From the NCBI RefSeq assembly GCF_000018105.1, contig NC_009927.1, positions 150,001 to 182,000 on the forward strand: a DNA stretch of 32,000 nucleotides. Reading direction: 5' to 3'. The position numbers and the translations under genes are program-made. Shown one piece after another: positions 1 to 8,574 of this stretch (its first letter is position 1; each line of letters starts with the position of its first letter). The DNA is from Acaryochloris marina MBIC11017 (GTDB taxonomy: Bacteria; Cyanobacteriota; Cyanobacteriia; Thermosynechococcales; Thermosynechococcaceae). Under the pieces are notes generated by a model. The model made no database searches. It worked only from the letters and a program-made list of their open reading frames with translations, and was not told where the DNA came from.

Positions 1-104
1 CAGTTATGCCGTGGGATTATCGCAGGAATCGGCGGTAATATTGGACCGAGGGTTAAGGTTTAATACATCTGATCTACCATGGACTTATGCGTTAACACAC
101 GCCC

Positions 105-893
105 ATGTCCTATTCCCTGTCAGCCACCAAGCTCAAAACCTACGGACAGTGCCCAAAATCCTATCAATTTAGGTATGAGCATAAATTACCTTCACCAACC
201 ATATTCGGCTCCACCAAGCTTGGCAATGCTCTCCATGCAGCGTTAGCCAATGTCTACAAGGATTGGAACTACGCTTACCCTCTTCCTTCCCTCGATTGGT
301 TTGCCGTTTGTTGGCAGCAGCATACGAGTGAATTGACCCCAACTCAGGTCCATGAGGGGTGGGTAGCACTACAGCTTTATTATGAGCGGTATATTTCCTC
401 ACTCCCCCAAATCCGCAAACCGCTGGGGATTGAGACAAAGGTCAGGGCAAATCTCCAAGTCCGTAATATCGAATTTACCCTGTCTGGTCGGTATGATCGC
501 TTGGATTATATCGATGATGGTCTGGAACTGATTGATTACAAGACAAGCAAATCCGTTAATCCTCCTCCATCAGTGGATATCCAATTGGGTTTTTACTATC
601 TGATTCTGGAACAGATCTACAAGAAAGCGCTCAAACGCCTGAGTCTCATCTACTTGCGTTCTAACGAGAAACTGACCTATGAGGTCACACCTGACCATCA
701 CCAGCAAGCCCAATCTCTGATTGAAGATATGGCGATGAAGCTCAGATGCGATCAGGAATGGAAACCTGTGACGGGACAGCATTGCGATCGCTGCGGGTAT
801 CAGAAATATTGCCCCGCGATAACCACTAGGCCAGAACCCCTACCGCAAGATGCTAGAGAGGTTACGCAAGTGCAGTTGGCTTTGGGGTTTTGA
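105..893 (+). CDS. PD-(D/E)XK nuclease, Cas4/RecB-exonuclease-like with four-Cys cluster
   Basis: 262-aa ORF. It has an N-terminal Cys (YGQCPKSY), GNALHAAL, the nuclease core GRYDRLDY...LELIDYKTSK (D..ExK), QLGFYY and a C-terminal CDRCGYQKYC (CxxCx5C). This is the Cys layout of Cas4/AddB-type Fe-S nucleases. Confidence 0.8.
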   Translation: MSYSLSATKLKTYGQCPKSYQFRYEHKLPSPTIFGSTKLGNALHAALANVYKDWNYAYPLPSLDWFAVCWQQHTSELTPTQVHEGWVALQLYYERYISSLPQIRKPLGIETKVRANLQVRNIEFTLSGRYDRLDYIDDGLELIDYKTSKSVNPPPSVDIQLGFYYLILEQIYKKALKRLSLIYLRSNEKLTYEVTPDHHQQAQSLIEDMAMKLRCDQEWKPVTGQHCDRCGYQKYCPAITTRPEPLPQDAREVTQVQLALGF

Positions 894-903
894 TTGAAAC
901 TAT

Positions 904-1278
904 TCAAGGAGAATTAGGAGCCAGCATCAGAACCTGAAAAAGCGATTCAGGCAAGGGTGGCATCTCTATCGCCTTTCCTTGATAGTGGATCTGAGAGAAC
1001 GCGGCGAGATTGAATACACCATGAGGAACATCCAGTTTCTTGTCTCTAATCCACATTCCTAGCCGATAATCTACGCACCATCCCTCCAGACCTTCCATTA
1101 AGTCGATCCAAAAGTGCAAGGGAATCAACTGAGTATCCACCCGGCAAGACCCTCGATAAACTTGGTGGGGAATGTTGTGCCGAAAGAGTTGAGTATGACA
1201 TAGACGGGTCATACCATCACACTCAGTAGGAGAGGCATCTAATGGGTTTAATAGTTGGCGTAGTTCGTCAATTGTCAT
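904..1278 (-). CDS. hypothetical protein (124 aa)
   Basis: Long ORF in a co-directional minus-strand gene string. I recognise no motif. Confidence 0.45.
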   Translation of the reverse strand: MTIDELRQLLNPLDASPTECDGMTRLCHTQLFRHNIPHQVYRGSCRVDTQLIPLHFWIDLMEGLEGWCVDYRLGMWIRDKKLDVPHGVFNLAAFSQIHYQGKAIEMPPLPESLFQVLMLAPNSP

Positions 1279-1309
1279 ATCAAGAAAGCTAAGGTTAGTC
1301 AGTTGGAGC

Positions 1310-1585
1310 TTACGATCTCAGAAATTCCTGATTCGCTAACCACAAAGCTTCATCTGTCGGCTGATCGATCATCCCTAGTGCCGCAAAGACGCGCAGTTGG
1401 ATATCCCGTCCGCCTCGACAAGCTAGTTCCGGGTTGGTGTGGCAGATATGCTGTTTTCCGCTACACAGATACTCAGTGATTTCTGTCGTTCGATCATCGC
1501 CAAGGACTAAGCCTCCATCCTCTGGAGATCGGAAGATGCAGCTTTTGCACTGAGCGGGGTTGGGTTCAAGGAAATGGCTTCTCAT
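1310..1585 (-). CDS. hypothetical Cys-containing small protein (91 aa)
   Basis: ORF co-directional with its neighbours. It has several Cys/His (CKSC, CSGKQHICH). No family recognised. Confidence 0.4.
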   Translation of the reverse strand: MRSHFLEPNPAQCKSCIFRSPEDGGLVLGDDRTTEITEYLCSGKQHICHTNPELACRGGRDIQLRVFAALGMIDQPTDEALWLANQEFLRS

Positions 1586-1647
1586 GATTTTTCGGATAGT
1601 TCATTTAATGCTTTTATAAAATCATCAAGATTGTATTTATTCTGCTG

Positions 1648-1938
1648 TTAGAAAAAGAAAATATTGCTGATAGGGAAAAATGCTCTATCTTCATTGTTAC
1701 AGCACAACATAAACCCATAATTAAGTTCATCAATTCCATAAGATAGAGTAAAGCTATTCCCATTATCCTTAAAAGATACACTGGCAAAATCAAAGGGATT
1801 AAACCTTAAACTAAAGAATGTTGCGTCGATAATCTCGAAAAGGCTTACACCGAAAGTATCAATAAATCTTATGCATAGTCTTTCTTGAGATGGTGTCAGC
1901 GGTTTATGACTAACTTTAATCTTTCCAGGTTTATTCAT
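1648..1938 (-). CDS. hypothetical protein (96 aa), AT-rich gene
   Basis: Its ATG (1936-1938) overlaps the stop of the upstream split ORF in an ATGA arrangement. Composition is AT-rich relative to the flanks. Confidence 0.35.
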   Translation of the reverse strand: MNKPGKIKVSHKPLTPSQERLCIRFIDTFGVSLFEIIDATFFSLRFNPFDFASVSFKDNGNSFTLSYGIDELNYGFMLCCNNEDRAFFPISNIFFF

Positions 1939-2038
1939 TTACATAATGGTGATAGTGGGCCAAACCAATATTCAGGTGTCCCTGGCTGCATAGACCTTGG
2001 GCTAGTAAACAGTAATGGGCAGTTACTATCATCGGCTT

Positions 2039-3385
2039 GAGAGTGTTTAGATTTTTGTGTAAGCAGCAGTGTATTCAATAGTTGAATCGTGTTGGGAACA
2101 GAATAGCAAAATGGGACAGCGCCGCCTTCCAATTCAGAATTGGTCTGGTCCATCGCTTCGAAATATTCCTCATCGCTAGAAACATCAATTTGTAGACAGA
2201 CTCTTCATTAGGGAAAACCGCTTTGGTCTTAATCACCTTTCTCAGTGAGCGGTTGAGCGACTCAATGGCATTGGTGGTGTAGATAACCTTACGGATGGCC
2301 ATTGGGTATTGAAACAACGGGGCAACATTATCCCAATGTCGTATCCAGATTTGGCTAATGCCAGGATACGTCTCGTCCCATTTATGGGCAAATGCATCCA
2401 ACGCAGCCTCAGACTCTTCCAAAGTGGCCGCTTGGTAAATGGGCTTGAGGTCTGCAGCTACGGCTCGACTTTCCTTCCACGGCACATGGCGAAGGCTATT
2501 ACGAATAAGATGGACAATACAAACCTGCACCTGGGTCTGAGGGTAGACCGACTCAATCGCTTGAGGAAAACCTTTGAGTCCATCACAGCAAGCAATCAAG
2601 ATATCCTGAGTTCCTCGATTTTTAAGGTCTGTGAGCACCGAAAGCCAGAATTTTGCTCCCTCTCGTTCAGCGGCTCCTATCCATAATCCCAACAGTTCCT
2701 TGTTGCCCTCCACAGTCACTGCCAAAGCGACATAGACAGCTCGCTTGCTGACTTGACCATTGACTTTGATGTTCACATACAGCGCATCAAGATAGACAAT
2801 CGGATACACCTCATCCAGCGGCCTTGAACGCCAGTCTTTGACCTCTTCCATGACGCTATTGGTGACGTCACTAATCAGAGCTTCAGAGATATTGGCCCCA
2901 TACAGCTCCACCAATTGGGCTCGAATATCACGGGTGGTCATGCCCCGAGCATATAAGGCGATGATTTTCTCATCGAGCCCTGCGATGCGTCGCTGGCCTT
3001 TAGGCACCAGGACAGGCTCAAACTCGCCGCAACGGTCACGAGGAATCGATAGGTCCATCTCTCCTTGTTCAGACTGGACGGTCTTTTTCGAGTAACCATT
3101 GCGACTATTTCTGGGGCCATTAGAATTCTCATCACCTGACTGATCGTTGGAGGATTGCTGCAGGTGATGAGTCAATTCACCTGCAAGGGCTCGTTCCACT
3201 AGGCGTTTGCTGAGTCGTTTAAGCAGTCCTGATTCGCCCAGAATATCTTCCGGTTGAGGGTTCTCTCCGATGAGTTCATCTAACAGTTCATCGACTCGAT
3301 TGGGAGCTTTTTTCTTTCTAGACATCGTACGGTCTCCTGATGTGTTTGGATCCTAGACCGCTTACACAAAACTCTGAACAGTCCC
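2039..3385 (-). mobile_element. IS256-family insertion sequence (about 1.35 kb)
   Basis: Imperfect terminal inverted repeats of about 26 bp: GAGAGTGTTTAGATTTTTGTGTAAGC at 2039-2064 against the reverse complement of 3360-3385. The inner 12 nt TTTTGTGTAAGC are identical. Direct duplication TCGGCTT at 2032-2038 and 3386-3392. A single Mutator-type transposase gene lies inside. Confidence 0.85.
2075..3325 (-). CDS. IS256-family (Mutator-type) DDE transposase
   Basis: 416 aa. It has the typical IS256 blocks: RDRCGEFEP, YLDALYVNIK, WIGAAEREGAKFWLSVLTDLKNRG, CCDGLKGFPQAIESVYP, QVCIVHLIRNS and YTTNAIESLNRSLRK. Confidence 0.92.
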   Translation of the reverse strand: MSRKKKAPNRVDELLDELIGENPQPEDILGESGLLKRLSKRLVERALAGELTHHLQQSSNDQSGDENSNGPRNSRNGYSKKTVQSEQGEMDLSIPRDRCGEFEPVLVPKGQRRIAGLDEKIIALYARGMTTRDIRAQLVELYGANISEALISDVTNSVMEEVKDWRSRPLDEVYPIVYLDALYVNIKVNGQVSKRAVYVALAVTVEGNKELLGLWIGAAEREGAKFWLSVLTDLKNRGTQDILIACCDGLKGFPQAIESVYPQTQVQVCIVHLIRNSLRHVPWKESRAVAADLKPIYQAATLEESEAALDAFAHKWDETYPGISQIWIRHWDNVAPLFQYPMAIRKVIYTTNAIESLNRSLRKVIKTKAVFPNEESVYKLMFLAMRNISKRWTRPILNWKAALSHFAILFPTRFNY

Positions 3386-3577
3386 TCGGCTTTTGAACTA
3401 CTTGAACTTGATAGGACCAAAGCAGTTCCTCCAAAGGTAATTAGACCCACGAAAATCATACAAATATTGCCAAATATATTCCTTATGTGGATTCCGTTTA
3501 CTCTGACTAACTGCTCTAAAGTCATTCCGGAAAGTCTGACCCCTAAATTTATTGATCGCTTAACCTGCCATCAGCTG

Positions 3578-4366
3578 TCAATTTTCTGATTTGTCATCAC
3601 CTCCTTTAGGGACCGTAGCCCGTTCAGAAATGGCCGGCAGATCCAAATCAATTTTTCGACCTTTCAATCGATAGGAAGCGCCAGTTAGCTTCATGTACTC
3701 ACCATGGTGAAGCGTCCGGTCAATAATGGCCCGAGCCAACTCTTCATCATGCAAAACTCTTCCCCAATGCTTGAGGGGTTTATTGGTGGTAAACAAAATG
3801 GGCTTACCTTTGAGATAGCGCTGGTCCACCACTTGAAACAGAACATCCGCTGCGCCCGGTCCATAGCCGAGATAGCCCATCTCATCAATCACCAGTACAT
3901 TCGGTTGAAGATAAGGTTTGAGGGCAAGGTTGAGATCATGAGCAACTCTCAAGTCATTAATCAGGGCAGTCGCCGTTGTAAAACGGGCTGTAAAGCCGTT
4001 CTGGATTGCCTTATAAGCAATTGAAACACATAGGTGTGTCTTCCCCGTCCCGGGTGGACCTTCGAGGATCAATGAGCGGTGCTCACTGACTAATTCAGGG
4101 CCCAGAAATCGCCCAAGCATTTGTCGTTTGAGATCACTCTTGAAGGTGAAATCAAAGGTTTCAATCGTGGCCTGAAACGGAAACTTGGCTTTGGCCACCT
4201 GATTGGCAATTCTATTTTCTGCTCGTTGGGCAATCTCCTCAGAGACCAGGCGTTCGAGGAACTGAGTATAAGACCAAGCCTCTTTCTCAGCGATAGGCGT
4301 CAGTTCCGGTAATACTCGTTGGACTGTACTCAACCCCAATCGCTTCAGCATGATGTCTAACGTCAT
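3578..4366 (-). CDS. istB: IS21 helper ATPase IstB
   Basis: 262 aa from ATG 4366. Walker A GPPGTGKTHL, Walker B VLVIDEMGY, and the typical IstB N-terminus MLKRLGL. Confidence 0.9.
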   Translation of the reverse strand: MTLDIMLKRLGLSTVQRVLPELTPIAEKEAWSYTQFLERLVSEEIAQRAENRIANQVAKAKFPFQATIETFDFTFKSDLKRQMLGRFLGPELVSEHRSLILEGPPGTGKTHLCVSIAYKAIQNGFTARFTTATALINDLRVAHDLNLALKPYLQPNVLVIDEMGYLGYGPGAADVLFQVVDQRYLKGKPILFTTNKPLKHWGRVLHDEELARAIIDRTLHHGEYMKLTGASYRLKGRKIDLDLPAISERATVPKGGDDKSEN

Positions 4367-5826
4367 GGAGCAGTACCTCCTTCGGAGGTGTTCTGGAGAA
4401 GATGAGAGTCGGCACAAGCGTGGGGATGTTCAACAAACTCCAAGAGATATTCACTGCCAATACAACGGGCTTCTACTGCCAGTTCAATGGCTGCCAACAA
4501 CTCTGTGCGCCCCACTTTCTCATACAGCTGATAAGTCAGATCTACATCCTCTGCCCAAGCTTGGGGACGGCGATGCACCAACTCCGTCAGATAAGGCTCC
4601 ACTGACGGATCTAAATCCAACAAGATCTGACGCTGGGCATAGGGCTTTTTGTGGGGAGAGGCAAAAAACTCTTGAGCATGTTCACTCAGGACACTGGACT
4701 TGCCGTTTTCCGGAAATCTCGGATGGACGCCCAAACAGCGTTTCCCTTGATAGATGCTCACTTGCTCTTGCTGCAAATGTAGAGTCACGGTTTGACCCAC
4801 TGTATGGCCAGGGACGGAGTATTCTATCCCTCGATAGTGAACCCGCGCCGTGAGCCGGACGACGACACTCACTTTAAAGGCATAGGTTTGAGCATTGTGA
4901 TTCAACGGTTGTAGAGGTTCACGCTTGAGTCGCACAGCAGGAATCTCACCAGTGGCATCACAAGGTCGCTGCTCATTAACGTGATTCATCCATGCTTGCA
5001 GCTGTTGATGAACATCCTCCATGTCCTGAAAGGTCCGACCACAAAAGAAGTTACCTTTGACGAACCCCACCAGATTCTCAACAGACCCTTTCTCTTGTGG
5101 ACGATAGGGCCAGCAAGCGAGGGGAATCAAGCCGCAATCAACTACGAACTGGCCGAAGCGTTCTGTCCAATGGACTTTGACGCTGCCATCTTCTTGAATC
5201 TCTCTTGATTTGACTGCACTACTCATATTGTCAAACACCCCCATCATCGGCACTCCACCAAAATGCTCAAAGGCTTTGAGGAGGCTACGAACGACCGTCT
5301 CTTGTTGTTCGTTATCGACGATCTGGATATCGACAAATCGAGAGTATTTCAGTCGGGACGCAAAGAAGCGAACCAGTTTACGAGTGCCATCTGCAAAGGT
5401 AACCCAACGCTGGCCAAAGTCATGCTGGGAAAACTCTCCAGGTAATCCCTCAAAACGAAGGATAGGCTTTGGGGGGGCCTTGGGTCTGAGGCGTCTAACT
5501 AATTCATAGACAGCTGTTTTGCCACCGGTGTAACCCGCTTGTCTGAGTCGAGCCAGAATCTCTTGGCCTTTGATGAGGCCATCTTCAGGGGCACGAGGCT
5601 CTTGAAACCATTCCAAGATCTGCTCTTCATATTGGCTAACTGAACTGGGTCTGCCCATGTTTCTAGATTTCCGGAAACCCTCTTCATCAATTTCGGTGAT
5701 CTCGGGTTCTTTCTCAATCCGTTGAATACTTTTTTCACTAATGCCCGTGAGGTCTCGAACTTCTTTTTGGGAGACCGTCTTCTTTCTAAGTTTTTGCACC
5801 ACGTAACGCTCCAATTGCTTGTACAT
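4363..5826 (-). CDS. istA: IS21 transposase IstA
   Basis: 487 aa from ATG 5826. The ORF-track start at 5880 is a TTG lying in the terminal-repeat region. N-terminal HTH followed by a DDE core. The stop overlaps the istB start. Confidence 0.9.
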   Translation of the reverse strand: MYKQLERYVVQKLRKKTVSQKEVRDLTGISEKSIQRIEKEPEITEIDEEGFRKSRNMGRPSSVSQYEEQILEWFQEPRAPEDGLIKGQEILARLRQAGYTGGKTAVYELVRRLRPKAPPKPILRFEGLPGEFSQHDFGQRWVTFADGTRKLVRFFASRLKYSRFVDIQIVDNEQQETVVRSLLKAFEHFGGVPMMGVFDNMSSAVKSREIQEDGSVKVHWTERFGQFVVDCGLIPLACWPYRPQEKGSVENLVGFVKGNFFCGRTFQDMEDVHQQLQAWMNHVNEQRPCDATGEIPAVRLKREPLQPLNHNAQTYAFKVSVVVRLTARVHYRGIEYSVPGHTVGQTVTLHLQQEQVSIYQGKRCLGVHPRFPENGKSSVLSEHAQEFFASPHKKPYAQRQILLDLDPSVEPYLTELVHRRPQAWAEDVDLTYQLYEKVGRTELLAAIELAVEARCIGSEYLLEFVEHPHACADSHLLQNTSEGGTAP

Positions 5827-6047
5827 CTGCACTTGCCACTGATTGAGATGACTATTTTCATCCTGCTCAGAGAGTGGCAATTTTGGAGACAGACTTAACG
5901 GAATGAGTGCAGTCGGAGTTTCAGGAATTCACACCTTACCCTATGATTCGTTTGAGCCTCTTTGACTGCTAGGTTTAATTCTCGGATTTTCTTAGTCATG
6001 ATTAGTCATTTTTAAGATGATTAACAGATTCCTGGTAGAAACTGAAG

Positions 6048-6623
6048 TTAGTTTTCCTGTCGCTGAAGCTCTGCCACATTATCCATGGCCTTTCGTGCGA
6101 TCAGCCTCCAATCCGTCCGCTCATCCCACCGCTGAAAAATTCTCTGATTCCCCAACCAGACCGCACAAAAAAGAACTTTATCATCATCGGCAGGAATGGC
6201 CTCAATGGTGATCCGCTGTTTGAGTTGTTCGGGTGTCAGATTTGAGATCGCAATCAAAAAACCCTTCGCAAAAGTCGAGTCATAGCCCGCCTCCAAAGTA
6301 CAGGGACGATGAGCGTTCATCTTGAACCGTAGTTTGTGAGAAGGTTTACCTTTATACTTCGTGGGAACGAATTCGATACTGATCAGGTAACCTGTCAACG
6401 CAGGTTTCAGTAGCTCAACAGGTTCAGAGTCTTTATCAAGGGTGTACCAAGTATTCGTATTGGCACGATTACAGAATATAGCCAAAGCAGATGGACTATC
6501 GCCAAATCCCAGTGCCCTTTCGTGGCTAAAATCTTGGGGTTGGAATTGATGGGCCTGTGATACGGTTTGTAATTCAGCTTTGGGCTGCGTTGCGGGGGTT
6601 ACTGTGTTTGTGGTTGAGTTCAT
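6048..6623 (-). CDS. hypothetical protein (191 aa)
   Basis: Last gene of a translationally coupled string (ATGA overlap at 6620-6623). No motif recognised. Confidence 0.55.
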   Translation of the reverse strand: MNSTTNTVTPATQPKAELQTVSQAHQFQPQDFSHERALGFGDSPSALAIFCNRANTNTWYTLDKDSEPVELLKPALTGYLISIEFVPTKYKGKPSHKLRFKMNAHRPCTLEAGYDSTFAKGFLIAISNLTPEQLKQRITIEAIPADDDKVLFCAVWLGNQRIFQRWDERTDWRLIARKAMDNVAELQRQEN

Positions 6624-6880
6624 TTTTCGGTTTCCATCGAGATTTTAATAGTTTTGTGCATTTGTTCAACGAGACCCCAGCAGTGATCGCAAATTTCAGG
6701 GTAGTCATCGGCAGCTCCTTTACACCAAGGCTGAAGATAGCCACAGGCTTGGCACTCGTAGTACTGTCCAGGTTCACAGCCAGAGCAAAAGGACGGGCTG
6801 TGATTACTCAGACACCCCAATGGCTTTAGTTGCAAGACACCTCGGCCTCTTTGCATGAAGTTCCACATTTGTTTATTCAT
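6620..6880 (-). CDS. Cys-rich zinc-ribbon-like small protein (86 aa)
   Basis: ATG 6880 overlaps the HNH stop (ATGA). Paired cysteines CSGC...CQAC...C...CDHC. Confidence 0.5.
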   Translation of the reverse strand: MNKQMWNFMQRGRGVLQLKPLGCLSNHSPSFCSGCEPGQYYECQACGYLQPWCKGAADDYPEICDHCWGLVEQMHKTIKISMETEK

Positions 6881-7254
6881 GACAAATCCTCCAACTTCAC
6901 CTGTCCAAACCATTCCTGCTTTGTGTACGCATTGGCTTTTCGGAATGGCGCATCAAATCTCAAGTGGCACGGGGCACAGAGGGCCTTGAGATTGTCTGGA
7001 TGATTATTCTGAGGATCTTGGTCAAGGTGAGCCACCGTGAGGGTAAATCGCTGGGGCTTTTCTTCCTCGCCCTCTGAAGTCATTGGGAACCATTCAGGGT
7101 GCGTAATCATCAACCAGAAAGCAAAGTGCAACCACTCGACGCCTGGCTTGCGACAGGGTTTGCCACACTGGGTACAACGCCAGTTGGCCGCATCCTTGAC
7201 CCGTGTTGCAATCTCATCCCAGTTATCGGGGTAACGTGCCCGGATCATCGGCAT
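6877..7254 (-). CDS. HNH (His-Me finger) endonuclease
   Basis: 125 aa from ATG 7254. CTQCGKPC ... VAHLDQDPQNNHPDNLKALCAPCHLRFD: an HNH core flanked by Cys pairs. The start overlaps the upstream stop (TGATG). Confidence 0.8.
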   Translation of the reverse strand: MPMIRARYPDNWDEIATRVKDAANWRCTQCGKPCRKPGVEWLHFAFWLMITHPEWFPMTSEGEEEKPQRFTLTVAHLDQDPQNNHPDNLKALCAPCHLRFDAPFRKANAYTKQEWFGQVKLEDLS

Positions 7255-7664
7255 CACAGAACCTCCAATGTTTGCTGCTGGGGGGCTGGGCACTTCCAAT
7301 CAAGGAAAGCCTTGATCACATCACAGTGACAGGGTTTGGGATGACACCAGCCCAGCAACGTTACTTCAGACTTCTGGCCCAGCGCCTCCAGCGCTGCCAT
7401 CATTGCACCTCGACCGAATGGTTTATAACTACCGCTGGGCATAATCTTGTGCTGCTCAGCAATCCTGCGAATCAAGTCTTGGCTAGGTTCATTTCCCAGA
7501 ATGGCAACCTCATACAAGAAGACTCGGAAAGCCGCAATGCAGCGATCTCGCTCTGATTCAGCGAACATATGGAAAGGATTGCCTAAAGGAGTCCCCCGAT
7601 CACATCGAACACCGGGTTGAAGCTGCCGGGACTTTCTCAGATTGGCAATGTGGATAGTGGGCAT
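7254..7664 (-). CDS. DUF4326-like protein
   Basis: 136 aa. GTPLGNPF ... AAFRVFL ... LLGWCHPKPCHCDVIKAFL matches my recollection of the DUF4326 signature (GNPF ... CWC.P..CHGDV). Confidence 0.6.
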   Translation of the reverse strand: MPTIHIANLRKSRQLQPGVRCDRGTPLGNPFHMFAESERDRCIAAFRVFLYEVAILGNEPSQDLIRRIAEQHKIMPSGSYKPFGRGAMMAALEALGQKSEVTLLGWCHPKPCHCDVIKAFLDWKCPAPQQQTLEVL

Positions 7665-7696
7665 GATGAATACTCCAAATCTCTAGCTGTTGGGGA

Positions 7697-8029
7697 TTAG
7701 CAAGCAATGACGGTCATGTTCTCGGCCATCTCATGAGCAAGAGCGACCCTCAGCCGTTGCTCATCCGTGAGTCCTGCATTGAACGCTTCTAAGACAGCCT
7801 CAGCGGCTTCCATCCTGCGAGAATAAGGGCCGAAGGACTGATGTCTGAGCGTGGTGCCGACGTAATTGGATTGACCCTGGATAAAGTTGATGTAGACATA
7901 CCCGATCAACCGACTGCCGAAAAAGACATTGAGCTTGCGGTCGTTCTCACCAGTCGGTCTGGCATGGAGTTCGTAGGAAGGCAGAGCAATGCTGTCGATA
8001 ACTAGTCGGGGAAGAGTTGTATGATTCAT
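7697..8029 (-). CDS. hypothetical protein (110 aa)
   Basis: ORF co-directional in the minus-strand operon. No motif. Confidence 0.5.
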   Translation of the reverse strand: MNHTTLPRLVIDSIALPSYELHARPTGENDRKLNVFFGSRLIGYVYINFIQGQSNYVGTTLRHQSFGPYSRRMEAAEAVLEAFNAGLTDEQRLRVALAHEMAENMTVIAC

Positions 8030-8102
8030 TTTGAATAACCTCGTTGAATGGTTCGTTCAATAAAAGGCATCGTTTGACTTGTCCTGAGCTTGGCGATGCC
8101 TT

Positions 8103-8483
8103 TTACTGTTCTGAAATGGATGGCACATCGACATAGCCGCCATGGATCAGTGCCTCTAGCATCAGTGCCGTCTCCATATGTTTGAGGGCATCGACATGCC
8201 GCCGTTCCGATCTCAGCGTCGTCGCCTCGGCCATCAGATAGGCGACACAATCACGGAAGCACTGGGCTTTTTGTCGGTCAAAGGGAATGCGCTCAATCTC
8301 TGGTTCTAGCTGGGGCCAGACCGCTGGATTAAACAGTTTCTGGGCACCACTGAGCAATAACTCCTGGGATTGCATCAGGTTTTTTGCCGTTGCTACCGTC
8401 ATGACTGCCACCGGAGAATAGGCGAGGTTAACCGTAGGCGGGTTGAGTAGAAATTCTGGCAAATTAAGGTGATGGGCTTGCAT
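8103..8483 (-). CDS. hypothetical protein (126 aa)
   Basis: I chose the internal ATG at 8483 (MQAHHLNLPEF). It has GGAGA 8 nt upstream and removes the overlap with the upstream gene that the 196-aa version would create. Confidence 0.5.
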   Translation of the reverse strand: MQAHHLNLPEFLLNPPTVNLAYSPVAVMTVATAKNLMQSQELLLSGAQKLFNPAVWPQLEPEIERIPFDRQKAQCFRDCVAYLMAEATTLRSERRHVDALKHMETALMLEALIHGGYVDVPSISEQ

Positions 8484-8574
8484 GGTTTTCTCCAAAAGTG
8501 ATGAGGAAAGGCCAGCCCCGATTGCTGGGGGGGATCGCCACAGGGCTGACCCAGGTACAGACAGGGGGAGAGGG

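Larger units (their letters stand above)
1935..3525 (-). pseudogene. 78-codon small ORF split by the IS256-family insertion
   Basis: Removing 2039-3385 plus one TSD copy joins 3525-3386 to 2031-1935 in frame. The result is MTLEQ...SSSSSSKADDSNCPLLFTSPRSMQPGTPEYWFGPLSPLCK*. The N-terminal half is hydrophobic. The putative ATG lies inside the IS21 terminal repeat, so the true 5' end is uncertain. Confidence 0.35.
3522..5907 (-). mobile_element. IS21-family insertion sequence (istA-istB); ends approximate
   Basis: istA and istB overlap by ATGA. Terminal inverted repeat TCATTCCGGAAAGTCTGACCCC (3522-3543) matches the reverse complement of 5886-5907 (TCATTCCGTTAAGTCTGTCTCC). I could not identify a target duplication, so the outermost bases may lie up to about 10 bp further out. 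Confidence 0.75.

Noticed and set aside
4350-5509. Plus-strand ORFs (167, 75, 99 and 60 aa) antisense to istA/istB, and similar ORFs at 2309-3095 antisense to the IS256 transposase
   Set aside because: They lie wholly within well-supported transposase genes on the other strand and have no motifs.
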